Positions 18,457 through 29,900 of a DNA stretch of 54,270 nucleotides are shown in pieces. The stretch's first letter is position 1. Each line of letters opens with the position of its first letter. Source of the stretch: Oscillospiraceae bacterium. Lineage in GTDB: Bacteria > Bacillota > Clostridia > Oscillospirales > CAG-272. The stretch is from assembly GCA_015065335.1 (NCBI GenBank), contig SVQM01000002.1, forward strand, positions 1-54,270, given 5' to 3'. A model generated the notes under the pieces. That model had not been told where the DNA came from, ran no database searches, and saw only the letters and a program-made list of their open reading frames with translations. A program made the position numbers and the translations under genes.

Positions 18457-20136
18457 ATGAAAAAGACAACCAAAAGACTTGCTCTTGCTATGGTAGTTCT
18501 TACTCTGCTCCAGGTAATGTTTGCGATCCCTTCATTCGCAAAGGCAGCTGACGGCGCAGCAGATGGCGTAGTAGAGGCAAGAGAAGCAGTAGTTCAGATC
18601 TATCTGACCTACACCGACGAAAAAGATGTTGAGTGGTACCTCAAGGCTGAGACCGGCTTCTTCATCAACTCCAATTACATCCTCACCTGTGATCATGGTG
18701 TAAACCTCACCGGTGCAGAGGTTGCTGACCTTGCAGAGCTTTACGGAGATCTGTACGAGGATGAGAGTGCAGCAGAGTACTTCCTCAAGAACTACAAGAA
18801 CAGACTCGGTTACAAGATCATGCTTGACAGAGACGTTCATGTATATGCTACTCCCACAGAGGCAAAGAGTGCGGCGTATGATTTCGCAGTACTTAAGGTA
18901 AACACCTCTCTTAACGGTATCGTTCCCCTTGCACTCGGTAATGATGATATGGTTGATGTTGACTCCGATATCACCTGTCTCGGATTCCCCTCTGTTACAA
19001 CTAACTGGACAGTAGGTAACGAGTTTAAGGCAAGCGATGTAACTCTTACAGATGGTAAGATCGGTAAGTACGAGACCATCGACGGTACTGACTACTTCAT
19101 GCATTCCGCTCTTATCGGTGAGGGAAGCTCCGGTGGTCCTACTCTTCTTGACGATGCTACTGTTGTAGGTATGGTAGGTGCTGTTGCTGTTGCTGACGGC
19201 CGTTATGCTTACTCCCTCCTCGTTGACGAGATGAAGGGCGTTCTTGATAAGTTCGGCATCGAGTACATCAAGAGAGACGGTGGAGTAGTTACTCCCGGTG
19301 ATGACGTTTGTGATCACGAGTGGGGTTCTGCTGTAATGAACAACTGCGTTCCCACTTACACCTGTTCCAAGTGTAATGAGACCAAGACTGATGCGGCTCA
19401 GCACACTTATGGTGAGTGGACCGTTATCAAGGAAGCTACTGCAGAGGCTGCAGGTGAGAAGGCTCAGATGTGTACCGTTTGCGGCGACAAGAAGACTGAG
19501 ATCATTCCCGCTACCGGTGTAACCACTACTGCTAACGCAGATAAGAAGGATGATGATAAGGGCGGTCTCGATATGATGACCATTATCCTCATCGCTGCAG
19601 GCGCAGTTGTACTTATCGTAATCGTAATTATCATCGTAGTTCTCGCAGGCGGCAAGAAGAAGGCTGCTCCCGCACCTGCTCCCGCTCAGAGACCTATGGC
19701 TCCTCCCGCACCTATGGCTCCTCAGCCTATGGCAGCTCCTATGGCTCCCCGTCCCATGGCTCCTCCTATGAATGAGGGTGCAGGTGAGACTACCGTTCTC
19801 AACGACGGTGCAGGTGAGACTACCGTTCTCGGCGGCGGTGCTGCTTGCGGTTCCCTTATCAGAACCAAGACCGGTGAGCGTATCTCAATCGTTGCTCCCG
19901 AGTTCGTGATCGGTAAGGAGAAGAGACGTGTTAACTACTGCATCTCCGATAATAACTCTATCAGCCGTGCACACGCTAAGATCATCGTAAGAGGTGGTTC
20001 TTGCTACGTTGTTGATATGAACTCTACTAACTTCACTTTCGTTAACGGAACTAAGCTTGCAAGCGGTCAGGAGCAGCTCCTGAACGACGGCGACAAGATC
20101 AAGCTCTCCGACGAGGAATTCGAGTTCAAGGCGTAA
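18457..20136 (+). CDS. Trypsin-like serine protease - TM - Pro-rich/ETTVL linker - FHA domain protein
   Basis: Start moved to ATG 18457 (RBS AAGGAG; MKKTTKRLALAMVVL signal peptide). S1 triad context: TCDHGV, DFAVLKV, GEGSSGGP. Cys-rich module, TM helix IILIAAGAVVLIVIVIIIVVLAG, PMAP repeats, two GAGETTVL repeats. C-terminal FHA signature: SRAH...NSTNFTFVNG. Confidence 0.8.
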   Translation: MKKTTKRLALAMVVLTLLQVMFAIPSFAKAADGAADGVVEAREAVVQIYLTYTDEKDVEWYLKAETGFFINSNYILTCDHGVNLTGAEVADLAELYGDLYEDESAAEYFLKNYKNRLGYKIMLDRDVHVYATPTEAKSAAYDFAVLKVNTSLNGIVPLALGNDDMVDVDSDITCLGFPSVTTNWTVGNEFKASDVTLTDGKIGKYETIDGTDYFMHSALIGEGSSGGPTLLDDATVVGMVGAVAVADGRYAYSLLVDEMKGVLDKFGIEYIKRDGGVVTPGDDVCDHEWGSAVMNNCVPTYTCSKCNETKTDAAQHTYGEWTVIKEATAEAAGEKAQMCTVCGDKKTEIIPATGVTTTANADKKDDDKGGLDMMTIILIAAGAVVLIVIVIIIVVLAGGKKKAAPAPAPAQRPMAPPAPMAPQPMAAPMAPRPMAPPMNEGAGETTVLNDGAGETTVLGGGAACGSLIRTKTGERISIVAPEFVIGKEKRRVNYCISDNNSISRAHAKIIVRGGSCYVVDMNSTNFTFVNGTKLASGQEQLLNDGDKIKLSDEEFEFKA

Positions 20137-20182
20137 GCTTTACGCAAAAGGATTTAGCAGTTTATAATTGTTAGGTGAAACT

Positions 20183-20950
20183 ATGAACTTCTTAAAAGCA
20201 GCACACACGGATATTGGAATAAAGAAAAAAACAAATCAGGATTCTGTGTTGATACAAGAAGCTTCAACAGACTACGGCCAGGTAATGCTGGCTGTAGTCT
20301 GTGACGGAATGGGCGGCCTTGCCAAAGGTGAGGTCGCCAGTTCCACTGTTATCAACGCAGTGTCAGAATGGTACAAAACTGAGTTTGCGGACATTCTTTA
20401 TGAGGGTATGGATCCGAATTCTCTGCGCATCAGCCTTGAGAATTTCATCTACCGCATGAACGAGAAGATCCAGAACTACAGTAAGGCAAACCGCTGTTCA
20501 ATGGGTACGACATTTGTTGCGTTGTTTGTTGTAGGTGATAAGTACTACGTTATGAATGTCGGTGATTCCAGAGTCTATCGTATCCGAGATTCCTTTGAGC
20601 AGATAACAAAGGATCAGACATATGTTCAGCGTGAGATGGATATGGGACGTATGACTCCCGAACAGGCAAAGACAGATCCTCAGAGAAACGTTCTTCTCCA
20701 GTGTATCGGTGCCAGCAATCATATTGCTCCCGATTTCTATACCGGAGATGTTATGCCCAACGAGTGCTTCCTTCTGTGCTCTGACGGATTTAGACACCTC
20801 ATTACTCCCGAGGAATTCTATGAGTACCTGAATCCTTACGTAGCGACCGATGAGGCAAAAATGAAGCAGGCGCTTGAGTATTTTGTGGATCTCAATAAGT
20901 ATCGTCACGAGGACGATAATATTTCAGCGGCTTTGATCAGGACATATTAA
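20183..20950 (+). CDS. stp: PP2C-family Ser/Thr protein phosphatase
   Basis: ATG at 20183 with an AGGTGA RBS. Motifs TNQDS, VCDGMGG, GDSRVY and CSDG, with a terminal DDNISA. Confidence 0.9.
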   Translation: MNFLKAAHTDIGIKKKTNQDSVLIQEASTDYGQVMLAVVCDGMGGLAKGEVASSTVINAVSEWYKTEFADILYEGMDPNSLRISLENFIYRMNEKIQNYSKANRCSMGTTFVALFVVGDKYYVMNVGDSRVYRIRDSFEQITKDQTYVQREMDMGRMTPEQAKTDPQRNVLLQCIGASNHIAPDFYTGDVMPNECFLLCSDGFRHLITPEEFYEYLNPYVATDEAKMKQALEYFVDLNKYRHEDDNISAALIRTY

Positions 20951-21072
20951 ACTGTCATTGCCGAGCTTTCAAACGTGATTGTCACGAGAGTGAAAAAAGA
21001 GCTTTTGAGGGCTCGGCAGTGACTGTTTCCGTAATTTTACGGTCATTAAATTGTGAGCAGGAGAAATTGCAG

Positions 21073-22824
21073 ATGCTTGAAATAGGATCAGTAATCGATG
21101 GAAAATATAAAATACTGAATAAGATCGGCCAGGGTGGTATGAGCGTCGTTTATCTGGCGATGAACGAGAGAGCCAATAAACAGTGGGCGATCAAAGAGGT
21201 CAGAAAAGACGGAGTTACTAACTTTGAGGTCGTAAAACAGGGACTTGTTGCAGAGGTCGATATGCTGAAAAAGCTGAATCACCCGCATCTTCCCAGTATT
21301 ATCGACGTAATCGACGGTGACGATTCCTTCCTTATTGTAATGGACTATATCGAAGGTGTATCCCTTAATAAGAAATTGAGGGAGCTCGGTGCGATCCCGC
21401 AGGAGAATGTTATCGAATGGGGTAAGCAGCTCTGTGATGTACTTGGATATCTCCATTCAAGAACTGCTCCAATCATCTATCGTGATATGAAGCCGGCAAA
21501 CGTAATGCTGAGACCTGACGGAGATGTAATGCTCATCGACTTCGGAACTGCACGTGAGTTTAAGTCGAACAGTGTTGCAGATACTACCTGTCTCGGTACT
21601 CAGGGATATGCAGCCCCCGAGCAGTTCGGAGGTCAGGGACAGACTGACGCCAGAACAGATATCTACTGTCTCGGTGCAACTCTTTATCATCTTGTTACCG
21701 GTCATAATCCTTGTGAGTATCCTTATGAGATGTATCCCATAAGACAGTGGAATCCTGCTCTTTCATCCGGACTTGAGCAGATCATTCAGAAATGTACTCA
21801 GAAAAATCCCAACGACAGATATCAGTCCTGTGCCGAGCTTATGTACGCTCTCGATCACTATCAGGATTTCGATATTGAGAGTCGCAAGAAGATGAATGTC
21901 AAGTGGCGTTCCTTCGTCGCAGCGAGTCTTGCATCAATTGTGATGTTTGGTGGTGCCGTGGGATTTAAGATCAAGGCAAACAGCGATTCTGAGAGAGCAT
22001 TTAACAATAATATCACTCATACCGAAACAATAGAGGATTTCAGAAACCTGGTGGTTGCGGCATCGGCTTTCCCCGAAAGAGTCGAACCTTATAAAAAGGC
22101 GGTCGAGATCATTCTGAGAGATTCTCAGTTTACTACAACCGAGAGAAATGCACTTCTCACCTCTCTTCTCGATCCTTCCGATACAGAGAACATTGATACT
22201 CTAAAGGAAGAAAACAATGAGTATTACAAGTTCTGCTATGATCTCGGTATTGCGTATTTCTTCCAGTATGAGAATTATACTACCGGTATAGCGAACTGTC
22301 AGAAATGGCTCGATGAGGCGGCAAAAAGTCCTGAGTATGAAAGTACCATCAATGATACTGACTACGGAATGAGTGCCGAGGATATAAAGAACGCAAAGAT
22401 GCTCAGCAAGCTTTCCGGTGCTGTAGCGCATCAGATGTCTAAAAACAACAATGTGTCTATAGACAGTAGTACAAATATTGTAAACGTAGGTGAAGAGGGT
22501 CCCACCGGAGATACTGAATACAATGAAAAACAGTATTGGGATGATCTTACCTCAATTCTGAAGCTCGAATTCTTCAATGAGTCAAATTCCATGACAAAGA
22601 GACGAGTATATCAGTGGATCCACGCAGCACTCCAGCACAATCACGTGAAAATGGCAGGCTACGGTGTAACATATAGTCAGATGAGAGAAGTAATTGATAA
22701 GGCTAAGAGTGATCTGAACAGTATTCTTATCGGTATTGCAGATACATCATCAGCTTCTTATCAGGAAGTAAAGAGCCTTCTCGATAACTATGAGACCATA
22801 GCTGATATGTGGGCAGATCAGTAA
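21073..22824 (+). CDS. Hanks-type Ser/Thr protein kinase with TM helix and extracellular non-PASTA domain
   Basis: ATG at 21073 with an AGGAGA RBS. G-loop GQGGMSVVY, AIKEV lysine, catalytic loop YRDMKPAN, DFGTA, AAPE. TM helix FVAASLASIVMFGGAVGF, then a ~290-aa unassigned ectodomain. Confidence 0.9.
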   Translation: MLEIGSVIDGKYKILNKIGQGGMSVVYLAMNERANKQWAIKEVRKDGVTNFEVVKQGLVAEVDMLKKLNHPHLPSIIDVIDGDDSFLIVMDYIEGVSLNKKLRELGAIPQENVIEWGKQLCDVLGYLHSRTAPIIYRDMKPANVMLRPDGDVMLIDFGTAREFKSNSVADTTCLGTQGYAAPEQFGGQGQTDARTDIYCLGATLYHLVTGHNPCEYPYEMYPIRQWNPALSSGLEQIIQKCTQKNPNDRYQSCAELMYALDHYQDFDIESRKKMNVKWRSFVAASLASIVMFGGAVGFKIKANSDSERAFNNNITHTETIEDFRNLVVAASAFPERVEPYKKAVEIILRDSQFTTTERNALLTSLLDPSDTENIDTLKEENNEYYKFCYDLGIAYFFQYENYTTGIANCQKWLDEAAKSPEYESTINDTDYGMSAEDIKNAKMLSKLSGAVAHQMSKNNNVSIDSSTNIVNVGEEGPTGDTEYNEKQYWDDLTSILKLEFFNESNSMTKRRVYQWIHAALQHNHVKMAGYGVTYSQMREVIDKAKSDLNSILIGIADTSSASYQEVKSLLDNYETIADMWADQ

Positions 22825-22852
22825 GATCGTTGTGTAAAGGAGTGTGATAGTG

Positions 22853-23383
22853 ATGAATAGTTCAATGTTGATTTTCAAAAATGCCGCTGCGGCGGAGGCG
22901 GGCGGATTTGCAAGTACCGCATTCGTAATTTGCCTTGTTTTGGGATGCGTGTGCCTCGCACTTGCTGTGCTTTTCTTCTTCATTTTCGATATTCCGAGAG
23001 TGTACCTTGTCAGAACAGGTAAGGGTGCTCGTAAGACTATCAAAAAAATGGAGGAGATCAATGCTCAGACAGGCAGACTCCGCAGAGTAAACGAAGAATA
23101 TATGCTGTCAGAGGATGCTCCTTTGACAGGAGATATAGGACATACACCAAGCCACGATATCAGCAGCACGCCTCAGATGCAAGGCGGAGCAGAAGGAAAT
23201 GCTACTACAGTGCTGGGACAGCAGATCGAAACTACCGTGCTCAGTAATAATGAAACTACCGTGCTTAACGGCGGTGTTCAGAATAACGCTGTAAGCAGTG
23301 CGTATTCCTATCAGAGAAAAACATCCGGAAAATTTGATGTAGTAACAAATATCGTTATGACACATTCTGATGAGATTATTTGA
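22853..23383 (+). CDS. Small membrane protein with a cytoplasmic tail bearing three (A/E)TTVL repeats
   Basis: About 176 aa; the start could be GTG 22844/22850 or ATG 22853. One TM helix (FVICLVLGCVCLALAVLFFFIF), then NATTVL, IETTVL and NETTVL within 27 residues. Confidence 0.6.
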   Translation: MNSSMLIFKNAAAAEAGGFASTAFVICLVLGCVCLALAVLFFFIFDIPRVYLVRTGKGARKTIKKMEEINAQTGRLRRVNEEYMLSEDAPLTGDIGHTPSHDISSTPQMQGGAEGNATTVLGQQIETTVLSNNETTVLNGGVQNNAVSSAYSYQRKTSGKFDVVTNIVMTHSDEII

Positions 23384-23467
23384 GGATTTTTAGAGATCGA
23401 ATAAATTAGTCAAACGGCTAACAGCTTCGGCAGATGACAAAAACATCAAAGAATTTCTGGGGGCATT

Positions 23468-23950
23468 GTGAAAATGATAAAAAAGTTTTCCTTATGTTAT
23501 AATATAACGGTCATTGGATATATATTATCGGCAATTGCCATATTGTTTGTTCCGATCTCGGATATTACGGATAACGGAAAAATAGGCGCCTTCAGCATCA
23601 TTGTGGCGATTGTGTTTTGGCTCGGACTTGTATGGGGGACCTTGAGTCTCATTATACTTACAAAGTTGAGACATAAGCTAAGAGCAAGAATGCCGAGCTT
23701 GATCGTAAAGATACCGAAAAAATTTCCCGGTATCATGAATTTCAGTATGAATATCAGACACCTGATATTATATGCTGTTATACTGATCGGAATCGTTATC
23801 ATCATACTTGATTTGATCTTGGGTTTTGCAAATCAGTATTTGATGTTTCCGGTTATCGCAGGTACATATTCTGCATTTATAATGCATTGTATGATAGATG
23901 GAAAGAATTATCAAATCTATAAAATTTTGAAGAAAGGTGAGAAAAAATGA
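23468..23950 (+). CDS. Polytopic membrane protein (hypothetical)
   Basis: 160 aa with about four hydrophobic helices. Its stop overlaps the start of the giant gene (ATGA), suggesting translational coupling. Confidence 0.55.
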   Translation: MKMIKKFSLCYNITVIGYILSAIAILFVPISDITDNGKIGAFSIIVAIVFWLGLVWGTLSLIILTKLRHKLRARMPSLIVKIPKKFPGIMNFSMNIRHLILYAVILIGIVIIILDLILGFANQYLMFPVIAGTYSAFIMHCMIDGKNYQIYKILKKGEKK

Positions 23951-26900
23951 TTGCAAAAAGCAAGAACACTAACTTCAATCGACTGTTGAGTGGATTTTTA
24001 TCACTTCTGATGGTAATGTCCGTTCTTCCTCTCGGTATCTTCTCCGTTGTTGCCGATACAGCAGCAGAGTATACCTTTGCGATAGTCGACGCAAGCGATG
24101 CGGCTGTTGCCGGCGCAACCGTAACTCTTTATGATGATAACAGAGAGGTTGCAAAAGGCGAAACCGATGGAACCGGCAAGGCGGTAATAAAGGCCGATGC
24201 CGGCGATAATGTGACCTATAAGGTGGAGAAGGACGGATACTCATCTGCTATGGGAGTTACTACTGCGGGTGCAGTTGTTACCGTAAAGCTGATCAGACGT
24301 CCTACTACAACAGTTGTAGGTTATGTTAAGGATTCTACCGGTGCTGCCATTACCGGAGCACAGGTCAAAATTGCCGATAAGGGTATTGCCATAACTGACA
24401 CTGTGGGTAAGTTCCTTATCGGAGGTGTATATACCGACGCATCATATGTAATAAACGTTACTTGCGACGGATATAAGGACGTGGCTGTTACAGCTAATCT
24501 CAAGTCCGAGAATATGATCACCATGTTCACAAAGGATGACGGAGATTTTGCGTTTGCGGCAGATAAGGTTACCGTAAAGTACGGTGACAGTGTATCTAAC
24601 ACCCTTATCAACAGCGCACCTTCAGCAAATGTTACCTATGAGTCTTCTGACGAGAGTATTGCTACAGTTGATAACAACGGTAATGTTACGATCAAAAATG
24701 TTACCGGTGCTGACGGTGTAGTTATTACCGCACGTCGTGCAGAATCACTGAACTACCTCTATGCTGAGGATTCCTACACCCTTGTAGTTGTTAAGGGTGA
24801 TCAGGCAACTCTGCAGTGGACAAAATCTGTTCCCGAGGATTATGCTCTCAACTTCAAGAGCGGCGCATATACCAATACTGTTATTGGCGGATCCGGTGAT
24901 GGTGATGTTACATACAAGTCATCTGATACGAATGTCGCTACAGTAAATAATGACGGTGTTGTTACACTTAATATGCCGGGTACCGTTACCATTATGGCTA
25001 CTAAGTCCGGCGGTGAGCTTTATAATGATAAGTCTGCTACATATAGCCTTGTTATTGATAAGGTTGAGCAGGCGCCTCTTGAGTTTGCCATTGCAAGCCC
25101 CGACTCTATCGAATATGGTCAGCAGTTTGCAAATGCTGCTTCCGGCGGTACAGTTTTAAGCGACATCATCTATTCTACAGATGATGCGACTGTTGCTGAG
25201 ATCGACACCGAGAGCAATGTTGTCGGAGCAATAAAGACCAACAGTATCGGTGCTGTAGTTGTAACTGCAACTATGCCCGGAAATGAGTATTATAAGGATG
25301 TTTCTGCATCATATACTCTGTATATCGTTGCTACAAAGCAGAAGGGCTTCCAGTTCCAGAAGGGAACCGAGGGCCTTGAGGTTGCTTGCGGAGAGACATT
25401 TACCAATGCCGCTTTCGGTAATGGTGAGACAAATGTACCCGTAGTATACAAGAGCGAAGATGATACTATCGCAACCGTTGATGAGAACGGTGTTGTTACT
25501 GCGCACAAAACAGGTATCGTTACTATCTCTGCTACTGCTCCCGCAGGCGGAAATTACTCCGAGACTACTATCAGCTATGAGCTCAATATCTATAAGGGCT
25601 ATCAGGAGCTGACTTTTGAGAATGGTAATATTGATATTCCCGCTATCTTCTACGGCGAGACATATCAGAACAAGGCGATCGCCAAGACCGGAGTTACCTA
25701 TAAGACTTCAAATAAGAATATCGCAACTATTGATGAGAACGGTGTTGTTACACCTCTCAAGTCAGGCGTCATTATAATCACTGCTACTGCTGAAGATACT
25801 GCTGATTACTATGGTGCTACCGCTACATACAGACTCACTATCAATAAGGCTGAGCCTAAGATCGAGTTTGAGAACGGTGCGGATGTAACCGTACAGTTCA
25901 ACGATAACGATAATGTATATCAGAACGAGGCTTTCTGTCAGTCAATGATAGATGACGGAACCGTGACCGATATCGCTTATTCTGTTTCCAATACAGATAT
26001 CGTGGCAGATCTTGATCCTGCTACAGGTAAGTTTACAATTACCGGTACAGGTACAGCTACCATTTCTGTAACCTTTGCAGAAAATGAAAGATATGCAGCG
26101 AAGACAGCTTCTTACACAATTACTGTTATTCCCGACGATCAGAAGATCGTATTCCCCGAGGATAAGTATACTCTTCTTTCCGGTACCAATTTTGCGACTG
26201 TACCTGTTGCAACTGAGGACGGAGATCTCTTCGGTACCGGTGCTATCACCTATGCCGTAAAGAGCGATGATAGCGGTGTTATCAAGTCATTTGATGTAAA
26301 CACCGGTGCTATAGAGTTTACTAATAAGGTTGGAACTGTAGTTATCGTTGCAACTAAGGCAGAGGACAGAAATTACAATGCCGCAACTGCCGAATATACT
26401 CTTACAGTAGAGTACTGGAAGCCCGAGAGAGAATTCTTTGCTCCTGTAGGTGAGAAGAACTATGAGGCAAATGAGTGGTATATCGGTAACGTAACCATTC
26501 AGGCAGAGGATGGATATTCTCTCAGTTTCGACAACCACGTTGATAATGCAGAGTGGCTTCCCGCTCTTGACGATGTAGTGGTCGATGACAGTAAGGAGAC
26601 CACAGTTTCCTTCTACCTCAGAGATAATAATACAGGTGCTATCACGGCACAGTATACAAAGCTCTTTAAGAAGGACTGCGTTGCCCCTTCTGCTGAGATC
26701 AATGCAAAAGAGAAGAATACATGGGAGAAGTTCCTCTCCATCTTTACCGGACTTTTCTGGGATGCAGATGAGGATGTGTTCACCGTAACTTCCTCCGATG
26801 CTACCTCCGGTGTTGCAAAGATCGAGTACTATATCGACTACGATAAGACTACTACCGCAACCTATGATGAGCTGGCTGCACTTGCAGATTCCGAATGGAT

Positions 26901-29900
26901 CGCTTATACCGATGAGGGTATTGCGGCTGATGAGAGTACCGTATTTGCAGTATACGCAAGAGTTACCGATCATGCAGGTAACTGTGTATATGTTTCAACT
27001 AACGGTATTATCCATGATCCTGCAGCTCCCGAAGTAGAGCTTACGGTTACAGGCGATACTGCAAACGGCGTGTATTATAAGGATGTAACAATTGACTTTG
27101 ATGTTACCGACGCAGAGCCTTCTTCCGGTATTACTAAGGTAACATATAATGTTGTTGTTACAGATCTTGACGGCGTTTCTACTGTTATTGTAGATAATGA
27201 AGAGTATTTTGCTGATAACAGTGAGGATCCCGAATACGCTGATCTTGTAAGAAACGTATCAAAATCCGGTACCGATATCCTTTATTATAAGGCACTTGAT
27301 TATAATAACTATACAATGAATGTTACCGTAACTGCAACTGACAGAGCCGGTAACGTAACAGTAGAAAGCACAGAGTTCTTCATTCGTGCAGACAGACCCG
27401 AGCTCGAAGAGGTCATCATCGAAGAGGGCTACGGTAAGCGTACAATTCAGTTTGCGATCAAGGATTTCCATGATCTTGAGCTGTTTGCTGAGACTGTAGA
27501 GTTTACTGTTGTTGCAACCGATATCGAAGGCAATGTGCTTGAGAATAATGACGGTAGCCTTTATACAATCGAGCCCTGGATATATGAGGGTGAAGGAAGA
27601 CATACTACAACCGCATATTTCACAGGCGATGCAATCTATAATCTGCACCTTGAATATTCCTACGATTACGATGAGGAAAAGGGCCAGGAGCCTTTTGATA
27701 CAGAGTTTACAGTAGATACCACATCTCCTACCGGTAATCTGTCAATCGATAAGACAGATAAGCTTTGGACAGACATTTTTGAAACACTTACATTCGGGCT
27801 GTGGACTAATGACAGCTTTGAGGTAGTCGGAAGTGCTTACGATAGCATTACCGGCGTAAACAGCGTTGAGTTCTATGAGATCGACGGTACACTGGTAGAT
27901 AGCAAGCTTGGTACTACCAAGGAAGAGATCGTAGCGGCACTTGACCTTGTTGAGTGGACAGCTATTGACAGTGTAGAGGACTTTACAGAGTTCGCTGTTA
28001 AGACTATCGTTCCCGACAGCCGTACTACTGTATTTGTTAAGATCACTGACGTTGCAGGAAACTACAGATACATCAGCACCGATGGAATCATCGTAGAGGA
28101 TGATGAGGCTGTGATCGAATTTACTTCCGATGATCCCGAGGCTGACGGATACTATACCTCTGATTTCAATGTAAATATTTCCGTTACCGATCCTGAGATC
28201 TATTCCGGTATCGCAAAGATCGAGTATTGGGTAGTAAAGGACAATGATACGGAAAATCCGACTCAGGAAGGTGTTCTCTATACATTCGGTGATGTAAATC
28301 CCGCATATGATAAGCTCACAAATACCTTCACCGATAATGTTGTTATTGAAACTGATAAGAACAACAGTGATAATGTCTGCCTCTATGTAGAAGTAACAGA
28401 TAATGCAGGCAATAAGACTGTTAGAAACAGCGAACAGTTCAAGATCGATAACACTGCACCTGTTGTAAATATTGAGTTCACAGGTGAAAACAAGAATAAC
28501 GGTGCACTTGACGGTAACTTTACATCCAGAGAAGTGAAGATCACCGTAACCGAGAGAACAAGCGGCTTTGATGCAGATGCAGTTCTTGCAGTACTCGGCA
28601 TTACCGCAGTTGATGCAAAGGGTAATGCAGTAGAAAATGCATACACTATTGGTGAGTGGACCACTGTTCCCGGTGAGAATATCAATGATGATACACATAC
28701 CGTAGTGATCACTTTTGCGAAGGATGCAAGATACACCTTCGAGATCGCAAGCTTTACCGATAAGGCGGGTAATAAAGCAGAGTTCGTGATCGGCGAGGCT
28801 GTAAGTGAGACTTACGGACCCGACGAATTTGTAGTAGATACAACTGCTCCTATCGCTACCGTCACCGTAAATGGTAACGATATCGTAGGAAATCTTACCT
28901 TTGATAAGGAGACCGTGAGCGTAACAGTAACACCCGATGATGCGACCTCCGGTGTTCAGTACGTTCAGTGGCTCAAGGTCAACTCCACCATTCCTATGGA
29001 GCAGGCTGAGCTTGAGGCGGCAGAGTGGTCTAATGAAGCAATCACCGAGATCGCTCCAAACGAGATCGCAACAATCTACGCAAAGATCGTTGACAATGCA
29101 GGAAATTACTGCTACGTTGGAACAAACGGACTCGTAATTGAGAATAATGCGGCAGAGCTTACCGTTACTCCTGCAGAGCCTAATGCAAACGGTTATTACA
29201 GCAACGATGTAGCTGTGAATGTTACAGTTACAGATCCCGATATCTATTCCGGTATCGCAAAGATCGAGTACTGGGTGATCTGCGATGGCATTGAGACTCA
29301 GAAAGATACTCTTGATTTGGATATCGTTGATGATCCCGTATACGATGACCTCAAGAATGTATTTGAGGGAAGTATCGATGTTATTGCTGAAAAGAATAAC
29401 AGCGATAACGTAGTTCTCTATGTGCGTGCAACCGATAACGCAGGCAACATTATCGAGAAGAGCGTAGAGCTCAAGATCGATGTAACAGCACCTGTAGTTG
29501 ATGTTAAGTATATCAACGAGACTAAGAATGACGGTGCAGTAGACGGTAACTTTACATCCAGAGGAGCAAAGATCACCGTAACTGAGAGAACAAGCGGCTT
29601 TGATGCAGATGCAGTTCTCGCAGCACTCGGAATCACAGCATTTGATGCAAAGGGTAATGCAGTAGAGAATGCATACACTATCGGTGAGTGGACTACCACA
29701 AAGGGAGCAACTCCCGATGAGGATACACATACCGTAGTGATCACCTTTGTTAAGGATGCAAGATACACCTTCGAGATCGCAAGCTTTAACGATCTTGCAG
29801 GAAACGCATCTGTAGCATATGAGGCAGACAGCTTTGTAGTTGATACAACTGTTCCTACAGGATATATTACTGTTGGTGATAAGAGCGACTGGGCACTTAT

